A stretch of 32,000 nt of DNA from NCBI GenBank assembly GCA_021780495.1, contig JAJXYO010000062.1, positions 86,302-118,301 of the forward strand, written 5' to 3'. This document shows, piece by piece, positions 7,739 through 16,904 of the stretch (position 1 is its first letter; every line of letters begins with the position of its first letter). The notes below the pieces were generated by a model, which saw only the letters and a program-made list of their open reading frames with translations, searched no databases and was not told the origin of the DNA. The DNA comes from Deltaproteobacteria bacterium. Its GTDB lineage: Bacteria > Desulfobacterota > Desulfuromonadia > Geobacterales > Pseudopelobacteraceae. The position numbers and the translations under genes are program-made.

Positions 7739-9225
7739 TATGCCACCCCTGTTGTGTCACTTTGCCATACCTTGATTTCACCACGCGCAATCAGCTCTTC
7801 GCCTTTATACACTTCACCGCTCAGGATACCGAAATCTCCAAATTTGGCTTTTTTGTACAATGATATGCGCAGGGTATCGCCCACGTAAGAATCACCAAAA
7901 ATCTCCAGGTTTTTAATCCCCAACAAGAACCCCTCTACCAAGGGGTTACGACCTCCGAACCTTCGAAATCCCTCCTGAGCAGCCACAGCCTGGGAGATGA
8001 TCTCGGGATAGGAAGCATCGTCAAGATGGCCGTTTTCATCTACGAAGATCATGTCAGCCCGTACCGTCATTTCAGAAACCGATGCACGCTCTTTCACTTC
8101 CAGCAGTCGGTCTATGAGGAGCATCGGCGGTTTATGAGGGATAACATGGGCAACATCCACCGGCAAAAACATGATTTCATCCCGCCGGTCGATATTTTTC
8201 CAGCAGAGTGGATCGGAAGCAAGATAATCTCCCGTCAACTGATAAGCGGTGCCACGGCAGCCATAACACGTTTCAAGTGATGCACATTCTCCACAAGGGC
8301 CTTTTATCGTTTCCCTGTAGTTTTTGAGATCCTGCACCACCTCACTGTCACGCAGGATCTCTTTCAGGCTCTGTTGCCTCAGGTTGCCGAGCGGTATCGT
8401 AATTCCGACGCATGATTGCACAAAGCCCTCAGAATTTACTGCGCAGGAATATTGATGCCGCAGACACTCTCCCCCAACCAAAGGCGGTTTCGGATCCCAG
8501 TGAATATCGTACTTGATCTTGTCAATTTCTGATATTTCCTGAAAGAACACCTCAAGAGTCCGTGAATCCAGCTCTAGCATGTTGTGCTCGCGGGCCCCCC
8601 CTTGCGGCGTCATAATTTCGAAATAGGGAAGGATGTTCTGATCCCGCAGCCATTGCCACAAGCGCGGCAACTCATGAATATTCTGCTGACAGATGATTGA
8701 ACTTACGCCCAATGGATTTTCCAGTGAGGGGTAACCAGCCAGCTTCAGATTCTTCAGGGCTTCCTGGATCTGGATATATGATCCCTTGCGACCGGATAAC
8801 GTGTCTTGGAGACTCTCATCAAAGGTGTTCATTTTGAGTACAGCCCGGACCCCATTATCAAACAATTCCTGCGCTACCGCTGGTGTGATATTGGTTCCGT
8901 TAGTGAACAGCTCTATCTCCATATCCAACGATTTGATGTGGCCGATCATCTCCATAATATGGGGATAAAGCATCGGCTCGCCGCCGAGAATAATTATTTT
9001 CCGCGCTCCCAGTTCCCTGGCCTGATTAATGACACCTATAAACTCATCCTGAGTCAGTTCTTCAGGTCGTTTGGCACGGTCCAACGCATAACAATACAGG
9101 CACTTGAAATTGCAGCTCTGGTTGAACTCGATCTCCATCGACAACAGTCGTCCGTCCCGAACAGCATCGCTGATTTCCTGTGCAGTAAACTCTGATCCAT
9201 AAATCCTATCTATACAGGGCTTCAT
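7738..9225 (-). CDS. Fusion protein: radical SAM/SPASM (about 8167-9225) plus ApeP-like 3-hydroxyacyl-ACP dehydratase (about 7741-8166)
   Basis: 495 aa continuous ORF; 'FNQSCNFKCLYCY' (CxxxCxxC); SPASM-like Cys set 'GGECLRHQYSCAVNSEGFVQSC...GPCGECASLETCYGC...DPLC'; then 'VDVAHVIPHKPPMLLIDRLLEV...NGHLDDASYPEIISQAVAAQEG'. Confidence 0.88.
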   Translation of the reverse strand: MKPCIDRIYGSEFTAQEISDAVRDGRLLSMEIEFNQSCNFKCLYCYALDRAKRPEELTQDEFIGVINQARELGARKIIILGGEPMLYPHIMEMIGHIKSLDMEIELFTNGTNITPAVAQELFDNGVRAVLKMNTFDESLQDTLSGRKGSYIQIQEALKNLKLAGYPSLENPLGVSSIICQQNIHELPRLWQWLRDQNILPYFEIMTPQGGAREHNMLELDSRTLEVFFQEISEIDKIKYDIHWDPKPPLVGGECLRHQYSCAVNSEGFVQSCVGITIPLGNLRQQSLKEILRDSEVVQDLKNYRETIKGPCGECASLETCYGCRGTAYQLTGDYLASDPLCWKNIDRRDEIMFLPVDVAHVIPHKPPMLLIDRLLEVKERASVSEMTVRADMIFVDENGHLDDASYPEIISQAVAAQEGFRRFGGRNPLVEGFLLGIKNLEIFGDSYVGDTLRISLYKKAKFGDFGILSGEVYKGEELIARGEIKVWQSDTTGVA

Positions 9226-10526
9226 AGGCTCTTTCTCTCGTCCACAAAACGGGTTAATTTCCGGGGATTTCCTGCATACACCTTACTCTTGACATGCTCA
9301 TCACTTGTGATGACAACTTCAGGCCGCACGCGCAGGCGGGCTTGTAATTTATCCATGATCATCTCTGCGGAACAGGCTTCGCTACCGGCTGCAACAAAAA
9401 TCTTAACTACATCGGAAAGGTCATAATCCGTCGTTGCCATCACATAATACTCCTTGACTTCAGGAAGGATGTCGAGAACGGCGTTGATCGAGTTTGGGTA
9501 GAGTGTCGTACCCTTGAACTTGATCATCTGATTTTTTCTTCCAAGGATCGGGCCGAGGCGCAGGGAATTCCGGCCACATGGGCACGGCTCATCAATCAGA
9601 AAGCTCACGTCACCCGTCTTGAAGCGAACAAGCGGCATCCCTTCAATACCCATCGGCGTCACAACAACTTCGCCGGTTTCGCCAATCGGAGCCACAGCTC
9701 CATGGTCATCGACTATCTCCACAATCGCCAGATCGGGATGCAGATGCCCGCCCTGTTGTGCAGTGCATTCACAGAAGGATGTGATGGTTTCAGACGATGC
9801 ATAGGTCGAATAAATCCTTGCGCCCCACAGATGTTCCAATTTTTCTCCGACCTTCAGAAAGGCAAGCTGCCGGTCGCGGATCGGCTCACCAATGCAGACC
9901 AGTTTTTTAACTCCGCTCAAGGCGGGATCGAAACCTTCTGATGAAAGAAACTGTCCGAGCTTCAGTAAAAACGTCGGGACACCGACAATCACGGTCGGTT
10001 TCAATCGCCTGATAATCTCCAGGTGACTTTCGACGCTGCTGAGCCCGTTTCTGATTGCCGAGGCTCCCAGATTCCTGACCCCCGAGAAATACGCCAATCC
10101 AGCGATAAAACACCGGTCGATCGTGCAGGTCAACAAAACGATATCATCAGGGCACAGACCACAGCTCGCAAATGAAATTTCCTCGTTGTACGCCAGACGC
10201 CGCAGATCATGTTCGGTATACATGACCTTGGTAGACCTGCCCGTGGTACCAGATGACAACACGATATCAACAATCTGTGACATGGGTACGGCGAGAAAAT
10301 TGTCGTTTTGTTCACCCAGTACGGTCTTGTCAGTGAAGGGAATCGTGTTCAGAGAATTCATGGTTATACTGGTCACATCTATCCCGTGTTCACGGAACAT
10401 TGTCTGATAAAATGGCGAGTGGGAAGCAACATACGCAAGATGCGTTTTCAGCCTGCTTTCCTGTAGGCTATGGATTTCATCCGAACGGCAATACTCGAGT
10501 TTTCGTTGACCATCACATACTGTCAT
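9222..10526 (-). CDS. AMP-dependent ligase, phenylacetate-CoA ligase (PaaK)-like, candidate starter-unit activating enzyme
   Basis: 434 aa; 'VLSSGTTGRSTKVMYT', 'YASSETITSFCEC', 'LVRFKTGDVSFL', 'GRKNQMIKFKGTTLYP'. Confidence 0.88.
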   Translation of the reverse strand: MTVCDGQRKLEYCRSDEIHSLQESRLKTHLAYVASHSPFYQTMFREHGIDVTSITMNSLNTIPFTDKTVLGEQNDNFLAVPMSQIVDIVLSSGTTGRSTKVMYTEHDLRRLAYNEEISFASCGLCPDDIVLLTCTIDRCFIAGLAYFSGVRNLGASAIRNGLSSVESHLEIIRRLKPTVIVGVPTFLLKLGQFLSSEGFDPALSGVKKLVCIGEPIRDRQLAFLKVGEKLEHLWGARIYSTYASSETITSFCECTAQQGGHLHPDLAIVEIVDDHGAVAPIGETGEVVVTPMGIEGMPLVRFKTGDVSFLIDEPCPCGRNSLRLGPILGRKNQMIKFKGTTLYPNSINAVLDILPEVKEYYVMATTDYDLSDVVKIFVAAGSEACSAEMIMDKLQARLRVRPEVVITSDEHVKSKVYAGNPRKLTRFVDERKSL

Positions 10527-11278
10527 ATTCTGTTCTCCATACGGGACAGTTCATGGTCTATGATATTCCAGACTCTCTTTTTTAAAGCAAAAGCGGTAAG
10601 ATGCTTATATTCATCCCATGCAATCGCCGGCAATCTGCGAACGGTTATGACTCCTGGACGCAGAAGCGCTGACCCTTTGGGCGGAATATTTTCACTACCC
10701 GTGATACAGAGAGGGACAATCGAAGCCTTTGACGCAAGCGCAAGGCGGAAAGCCGAGCCATGAAAAGTTCCCATCCTGGCGCTTGCCGACCTGGTCCCTT
10801 CAGGGAAAAAAACAATGGAGACCCCAGCCTTCAGCAGATCAGTGGCGCTCTGCGTAAATTCTTCAGGTGGCATCATCCTGATATTCAGGTATCCGGCAAA
10901 TTTTGCATACACACCAAGGACCGGTATCCGAAAAGGCCATACATTTACAATCTGTACCAATTCATGAGGAAGAATACCCATGAGAAAAGCGTCAGAAGCC
11001 GAGCGGTGATTGCAGACAAAGATGTATGGTTCCCCGGAGCCGTTGGTTTCACGATTTTCGTAACGAAGCTTTATGAATGGATATGGGCAGGCTATTATGA
11101 CCATTCCATACCAGTTAATGGCGCGCCGGAAGCGCTTCATCGTCTGACGCTGAGAAGGGATCAAGAGGCCTAAACTGACAACATACAGCGTGAGAACCGG
11201 AATCACAGTCGCGGAGAGTGCGGCGAATAGTATATAGAGATACAGATTCAGAAAATACAGCTTGAGACGAGCTATCAT
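10523..11278 (-). CDS. PlsC-like lysophospholipid/1-acylglycerol-3-phosphate acyltransferase
   Basis: 251 aa; HX4D 'VCNHRSASDAF', 'FFPEGTRS'. Confidence 0.88.
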   Translation of the reverse strand: MIARLKLYFLNLYLYILFAALSATVIPVLTLYVVSLGLLIPSQRQTMKRFRRAINWYGMVIIACPYPFIKLRYENRETNGSGEPYIFVCNHRSASDAFLMGILPHELVQIVNVWPFRIPVLGVYAKFAGYLNIRMMPPEEFTQSATDLLKAGVSIVFFPEGTRSASARMGTFHGSAFRLALASKASIVPLCITGSENIPPKGSALLRPGVITVRRLPAIAWDEYKHLTAFALKKRVWNIIDHELSRMENRI

Positions 11279-11280
11279 CG

Positions 11281-11547
11281 CTATACGTTCTTTGTGCCTT
11301 CCTCGTTCTTGATTGAGGAAATGAATTGATAGAGATCCTGAAGCGTTCTAATGTCCCGGACCTTTTCCTCGTTCCTGATCTTTACACCGAAACTGCTTTG
11401 AAGTGCGACAATCAAGTCAACGATATCAAGACTATCGAGACCTAAATCAACGAAAATATTAGCGTCCGGCACCAGACGTTCTTTCTCGATTTCAAATGAC
11501 TCCTCAAAGACTTTGTTCGTCTTTTCAATGATCTCTTGCCCAGTCAT
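11281..11547 (-). CDS. Acyl carrier protein
   Basis: 88 aa; phosphopantetheine site 'FVDLGLDSLDIVDLIVAL'. Confidence 0.92.
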   Translation of the reverse strand: MTGQEIIEKTNKVFEESFEIEKERLVPDANIFVDLGLDSLDIVDLIVALQSSFGVKIRNEEKVRDIRTLQDLYQFISSIKNEEGTKNV

Positions 11548-11573
11548 GTATCCTCCAGAAAAATAATTCAGAA

Positions 11574-12800
11574 CTATATTTTTTTACATACCAGTGCAGC
11601 GTTGATTCCGCCAAAGGCAAAACCATTTTTCAGCACTGTGTTCACCTGTTTCTTCAACGGATGCATCACGTGCTGAATCCCTTCACAATCCTGACTGACA
11701 TTCTCGAGGTTGAGCGTCGGATAGATCATGCCCGTCTCCATCATTTTGAGGGAGGCAGCCAGTTCAATTGCACCTGCAGCACCGAGTGTGTGCCCAATGT
11801 TCCCTTTCAGACAACTCACCGGAACCAATGCACCAAAAATTTCACGAATCGCTTCGGCCTCTTCCTGGTCTCCCTGGAGAGTAGCCGTGGCATGGGCATT
11901 AATATAATCAATCTCTTCCGGTTTCACTCCGGAATCAGCAAGCGCCTGCCGTATACACATGACCATGGATTCCTTGTTTGACTGGCTGACATGGATACCA
12001 CTTGCAGTTGTACTAAAACCCGTTATCTCGGCATAGATTGTAGCATTTCGCTTGACTGCTCTTTCATATTCCTCCAGGACGAGGATTCCGCTTCCTTCGC
12101 CGCACACCAACCCATCCCTGTCCCTGTCGAATGGACGAGGGGTTTTCCCGGGATTGTCGTTGAATTTGGTGGATGTTGCAAAAAGAATGTCAAATGAGCC
12201 CGTCACGGTTGGGTGCAGCTCTTCGGCGCCTCCGCAGAGGAGGATGTCCTGACGTCCCAACCGGATCAGATCATAACCAATACCAATGGCATGCAACGCC
12301 GATGCGCAGGCAGCTGAAGCGGCCATGATCGTCCCGGTAAGTCCCAAGTACTGGGCAACATTAACCGTAGCGGTATGCGACATGCATTGAAAGAACATGG
12401 TGGAATTCAGTTTACTCAAATCCTTGTCGGGAAGCATTGTTTCAAAGACATCATTGATGCTCTTGGCACTTCCCATAGTCGAACCGACTACACAGCCGAC
12501 CCGCCATAGATCTTCATCAGCAAGCATAATGCCGGCATCGGCCAGTGCTTCGTCAGCAGCCTGGGCGGCGAAGATACTCATGCGTCCCATGGAACGTCTC
12601 TTCTGACGCGGGATGCTCATTTCACCTTGCATTGTTACAGGCGCGCCGACCAGACTCTGCAGGCCGTTGTACTGATCCCACCCTTCCATGAAGCGGACAG
12701 CGCTGCGCCCTTCTTCGATTCCTTTCATCAGTGCCGGGACGCCGTTACCAAAGGGGGAAACGACACCAATTCCAGTAATCACAACTCGTTTTAATGACAT
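11574..12800 (-). CDS. Beta-ketoacyl-ACP synthase II (FabF-like)
   Basis: 408 aa; 'RVVITGIGVVSPFG', 'SAACASALHAIGIG', 'NAHATATLQGD', 'KGNIGHTLGAAGA'. Confidence 0.93.
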   Translation of the reverse strand: MSLKRVVITGIGVVSPFGNGVPALMKGIEEGRSAVRFMEGWDQYNGLQSLVGAPVTMQGEMSIPRQKRRSMGRMSIFAAQAADEALADAGIMLADEDLWRVGCVVGSTMGSAKSINDVFETMLPDKDLSKLNSTMFFQCMSHTATVNVAQYLGLTGTIMAASAACASALHAIGIGYDLIRLGRQDILLCGGAEELHPTVTGSFDILFATSTKFNDNPGKTPRPFDRDRDGLVCGEGSGILVLEEYERAVKRNATIYAEITGFSTTASGIHVSQSNKESMVMCIRQALADSGVKPEEIDYINAHATATLQGDQEEAEAIREIFGALVPVSCLKGNIGHTLGAAGAIELAASLKMMETGMIYPTLNLENVSQDCEGIQHVMHPLKKQVNTVLKNGFAFGGINAALVCKKI

Positions 12801-14338
12801 AATGTTCCGTCCAGGATTTTTCCGTAGTGCTCTTTTCCAACAATAGCGCGGCCAACAATAAGCGACGACATCATGGCTCCGATTATCCCGGGTAAGAGTG
12901 AACTCTGCCCGGCTGCAAAAAGGTTATGCAGAGGAAGCTTGCCGATGAGATTGAACTGCCCCATTTTCTGTTTGACACCATACGCACTACCATCTGGGCT
13001 GCAGAGGTAATCCTTGAACGTAAGCATTGATCCCGCATCGATAAAATCCAGTGTTTCTCGAAATTCAGGAAAAACGCTGAACAGGTGCTCCTTGATCGCC
13101 TCGACCCGATTGTGTTTATACGTCAGATATTCTTCCGGCCTGTTCCCTCTTTTGGAATCAATCCAGTTAGAAACATGTTCGCCAAACGAAGGCTCAACAA
13201 TACAGATACCTTTTCCTGTACCGCCATTACCCAGATTGGGTGATTTTACAACCACCAGGGCGGGTACTCCATTATAGGCTGGATCCAGCAGATTATTTAC
13301 ATCGGCATCCGGAAAAATGGATACGATTGATGCATCAGGATTTTGATCAATGCTACCCGGCTTGAATGTGGCAAACGCCGAGAAAAGGCCCAGGGAAGGT
13401 TCAAATGCTGAAATCCGATGCGCAAACGCCTTGCTGTAATTTTTCTCAGGAAGAAGCCCCAAAATATCCTTGGGATGGATTGTGAAGACACAGGCATCAG
13501 ACAGAACCTCTTCCCCGGTATTCAGGACAAAACGGCCAACCTTGTTGTCACGGATATCAGCCAGTTCCGTAATATACGTACTGCAGCTGATATCAATATC
13601 ATAATCCTTGAATTTCTCCGTGAACGCCCTCACAAAAGCATCGCCACCATCTTTCACGAAGGCGATGGATTCATAGAAGCTGAGAACCATCCTGCTGTGG
13701 TTTGCAAATGAGATTTCATCCGGCCGAACCCCATAACACATGGCATATCCGGAAAACAGACCTCGCAAAAGTTCATTAGGGGTCAACTTCCGCAAAACCG
13801 TGTCGAGTGAGATATAATCTTCTTCCAGATTTGGCGGGCCTATCGCGTTTTCACGAAGATTGAGTGAAGGAGTCCGGTTACAGACCGATTGGACCTTCTC
13901 GAAATACCGGTCAATGGCCGAGGTTTCTGCGGGAAAGTACCCCTTGAAAGAATTCTTTATATTCTCAATCCCACAGGGATGCTCGAACCTTTTACCATGC
14001 GATTCGAAGATAAATTGATTTTGAGATGAATTGGGTAGAAAGATTGGCTCAATGGAATCTCTCAGTCCAAGCAGAGTTAATATATCGGAAAGGATTCCAC
14101 CTTCATGAAAACCGCCCGTAAAATGAAAACCGGTATCAAACGGGATTCCTCTTTTATTGAAACGGGTAAGTGAACCTCCAATAATCGGGGACTTCTCGAT
14201 AAGCAAAACTTTATTACCGCTCATGGCCAGCAAAAGCGACATCGTTAACCCACTGATGCCGCTTCCCACTACAATGTGATCATATTTTTTCATTCTGGAC
14301 AACCAACTCCTCAAAAACACATCGTATCGGATTTTCAA
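12791..14338 (-). CDS. FAD-dependent oxidoreductase, phytoene desaturase (CrtI)/retinol saturase-like
   Basis: 515 aa; 'YDHIVVGSGISGLTMSLLLAMSGNKVLLIEKSPIIGGSLTRF...FDTGFHFTGG'. Likely start MKKYDHIVVG at 14293. Confidence 0.87.
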   Translation of the reverse strand: MKIRYDVFLRSWLSRMKKYDHIVVGSGISGLTMSLLLAMSGNKVLLIEKSPIIGGSLTRFNKRGIPFDTGFHFTGGFHEGGILSDILTLLGLRDSIEPIFLPNSSQNQFIFESHGKRFEHPCGIENIKNSFKGYFPAETSAIDRYFEKVQSVCNRTPSLNLRENAIGPPNLEEDYISLDTVLRKLTPNELLRGLFSGYAMCYGVRPDEISFANHSRMVLSFYESIAFVKDGGDAFVRAFTEKFKDYDIDISCSTYITELADIRDNKVGRFVLNTGEEVLSDACVFTIHPKDILGLLPEKNYSKAFAHRISAFEPSLGLFSAFATFKPGSIDQNPDASIVSIFPDADVNNLLDPAYNGVPALVVVKSPNLGNGGTGKGICIVEPSFGEHVSNWIDSKRGNRPEEYLTYKHNRVEAIKEHLFSVFPEFRETLDFIDAGSMLTFKDYLCSPDGSAYGVKQKMGQFNLIGKLPLHNLFAAGQSSLLPGIIGAMMSSLIVGRAIVGKEHYGKILDGTLCH

Positions 14339-14343
14339 TCACG

Positions 14344-15069
14344 CTACATCGCCAACCCGCCATTAATTCCGATTACCTGACCATGGATATACATATGCTC
14401 TTCGGTACAAAGAAAATTAACGACAGAAGCAACATCTTCAACACTGCCGACACGGTTGAGCGGGATCAAGGGCAGAACCATCTCCGTGGGGATTTCGGTG
14501 GTCATTTCAGTTTCAATGAATCCGGGGGCCACCACGTTCACCAAAATCTTTTTCTTGCCAACCTCACGTGCCAGGGCTTTGGCAGCACCGATCAAACCAG
14601 CCTTGGAGGCAGAGTAATTAACCTGGCCCGCCTGTCCGATCTGACCTGAAGTCGAAGATACGACGACGATACGCCCCCGCTTTGCCTTCAACATGGCGAA
14701 AACAACCGCACGGGTAACGTTAAAAAAACCGTCCAGATTCGTCGATATAACCGAACTCCACTCGTCCTTGGTCATCCACATCAGGAGGTTATCGCGGGCA
14801 ATGCCGGAATTATAGACCAGAACATCGGGGGATACTGTTTCCAAGCGGACGCCTAATGCCGCCTCGGTTTCCTCGAAACTGGAGACATCAAAAGGGATAA
14901 GGTCACAGGTGCTTCCGGCAGCCTCTATCTCTGATTTTGCCGAAAGTGCCGCGTCATGATTGCCTTTGTATGTCAACCAGATTGCAAAACCGGACTTTGC
15001 CAACCTGATTGCAACTGCGCGACCTATCCCGCGACTGCCTCCAATTATTAAAGCAATTTTCATAATCAT
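14344..15069 (-). CDS. 3-oxoacyl-ACP reductase, FabG-like SDR
   Basis: 241 aa; 'IIGGSRGIGRAVAIRLAKSG', 'SSTSGQIGQAGQVNYSASKAG'. Confidence 0.92.
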   Translation of the reverse strand: MIMKIALIIGGSRGIGRAVAIRLAKSGFAIWLTYKGNHDAALSAKSEIEAAGSTCDLIPFDVSSFEETEAALGVRLETVSPDVLVYNSGIARDNLLMWMTKDEWSSVISTNLDGFFNVTRAVVFAMLKAKRGRIVVVSSTSGQIGQAGQVNYSASKAGLIGAAKALAREVGKKKILVNVVAPGFIETEMTTEIPTEMVLPLIPLNRVGSVEDVASVVNFLCTEEHMYIHGQVIGINGGLAM

Positions 15070-15149
15070 GCCTATCCAAATACATTTTCCCAGCTAGTCC
15101 GCCACAGTGAGTCACAACCTCTAACGGCAAGTAACATATTAATTTATGG

Positions 15150-15178
15150 ACATTACACTAACGATTTTTGACTGTCAA
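15150..15178 (-). promoter_or_regulatory. Candidate sigma70-type promoter for the large operon
   Basis: Minus strand TTGACA (15178-15173), 17 nt spacer, TAATGT (15155-15150), followed by roughly 75 nt of leader to the fabG-like start. Confidence 0.45.
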
Positions 15179-15240
15179 GCAGGATGACTCGCGATCTCAA
15201 GCAAATGAAAATTACGACACAAATATAATATTGATTAATA

Positions 15241-16860
15241 GTGCCGGGTCCCGCAAGGAATATGGATAGACTAAGAATATTTTTGCATGATATGTTGACG
15301 GCTCAAATTAAATGGAAAGAATTGCCTTGGCGAGCACCCAAAGGACAATCCTGCGACATCTATAGACCAACGCCACAAAATATCATTCTCCGAGGCACGG
15401 CTCAATTGAACCAATCAAAGAAAATACTTTTCGTCCACCCGCTCGGTGAAAACTGGATACCAGGCGAACAAAATGTTGCCCGTGTCGTAAACATCATGGC
15501 ACCGCTGGGTCTCCTCTCACTGGCTGCCTGGTTGGATACCTACGGGCATCAGACGAAAATTCACGACTGTTATGCGTTTCCGGGAGATGATGATAAGATT
15601 TACTCCTATCTGAGGGAAGAACGCCCGGATTTCATAGGGTTTTCCACAACAACCTCCAGTTTCCTTGATGGTATCCGTCTGGCAACCAAGGCTAAGGAAA
15701 TTCTGCCCTCGGTACAGGTTGTGTTTGGCGGCGTCCATATTTCGGCGGTGCGCGATCAGCTTCTGGGAGACTTTCCTGTCATCGATTTTGGGGTTGTCGG
15801 TGAAGGTGAAGAGGTTTTACGGGAACTGATTGAATCGAACGGAGTAGGCTTGCGCAACATTGCAGGACTCATCTTTCGCGAGCAGGACAATGTTGTCTTT
15901 AACGGCTTTCGAAAAGAACTGATCGATATGGACACACTCCCCTTTCCTGCGTATGAAAAATTGCAGGATTTTCCCGGCAGTTACTGTCTCCCTATTTTCA
16001 GTTATCCCAAGGCACCTAACACCACTGTCATCACAAGCAGAGGCTGCCCCTATACCTGTTCCTATTGTGATCGCTCAGTCTTCCAGCGAACGTATCGCTA
16101 CAATTCACCTGAGTATATGATGAAGTATCTTACCTATCTCCAGCAACGCTTCAATATTAAGCATGTGAATATCTACGACGACACCTTCACTCTGCATCGA
16201 CAGCGGGTAATGGAATTCTGTGAACTCAAGATACGGTCCGGTTTGAAGATGACCTTTAATTGCGCTGCCCGTACCGAGCAACTCGATGGCAGCATGCTCG
16301 AGGCGCTGAAAAAGGCCGGCTGCTGGATGATCAGTATCGGCATCGAAACGGGTGATCCTGACCTGCTGAAAAAGCATCGCTCCTATATATCAAACAAAGA
16401 AATGGACAATCCGCTGGAAAATATCCGCAAGACTGTCCATCTGATCAAGAAATCAGGCATCCGTGTCAAGGGCCTGTTCATGCTGGGGCTACCCGGTGAA
16501 ACCGAGAGAAGTATTGAAACAAGTATGGCGTATGTATTCAGCCTCCCATTAGATGAGTTCAATCTGTCGAAACTGACCCCCTTCCCCGGGGCACCCATGT
16601 ACGGTGATATCCACAACCATGGCACATTCGACGAGAACTGGGGCATAATGAATGCGGCTAATTTCACCTTCATTCCGACGGGGTTTACCAAAGAACTGCT
16701 GGAAGAAAGACACCTCGAATTTTATCGCCGATATTTCTCAAGACCGAAGGTATTGCTGAACTATGCAACCATGATATGGAAATCACCCGACAGCTGGCGG
16801 CGTTTTTGGAAGGATTTGCCGACGTTTCTGAGTTTTACGAGAAAAAACAGAAAAAAGTGA
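15241..16860 (+). CDS. B12-binding-domain radical SAM protein
   Basis: 539 aa; N-domain 'KKILFVHPLGENW...MAPLGLLSLAAWLDTYGHQTKIHD...VFGGVHISAV'; 'VITSRGCPYTCSYCDRS' (CxxxCxxC). True start uncertain; the first in-frame ATG is 15262. Confidence 0.9.
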   Translation: MPGPARNMDRLRIFLHDMLTAQIKWKELPWRAPKGQSCDIYRPTPQNIILRGTAQLNQSKKILFVHPLGENWIPGEQNVARVVNIMAPLGLLSLAAWLDTYGHQTKIHDCYAFPGDDDKIYSYLREERPDFIGFSTTTSSFLDGIRLATKAKEILPSVQVVFGGVHISAVRDQLLGDFPVIDFGVVGEGEEVLRELIESNGVGLRNIAGLIFREQDNVVFNGFRKELIDMDTLPFPAYEKLQDFPGSYCLPIFSYPKAPNTTVITSRGCPYTCSYCDRSVFQRTYRYNSPEYMMKYLTYLQQRFNIKHVNIYDDTFTLHRQRVMEFCELKIRSGLKMTFNCAARTEQLDGSMLEALKKAGCWMISIGIETGDPDLLKKHRSYISNKEMDNPLENIRKTVHLIKKSGIRVKGLFMLGLPGETERSIETSMAYVFSLPLDEFNLSKLTPFPGAPMYGDIHNHGTFDENWGIMNAANFTFIPTGFTKELLEERHLEFYRRYFSRPKVLLNYATMIWKSPDSWRRFWKDLPTFLSFTRKNRKK

Positions 16861-16904
16861 GGTAAATACTCACGATACATTCAACTTCTGAAGGGTCGTT
16901 ATGC

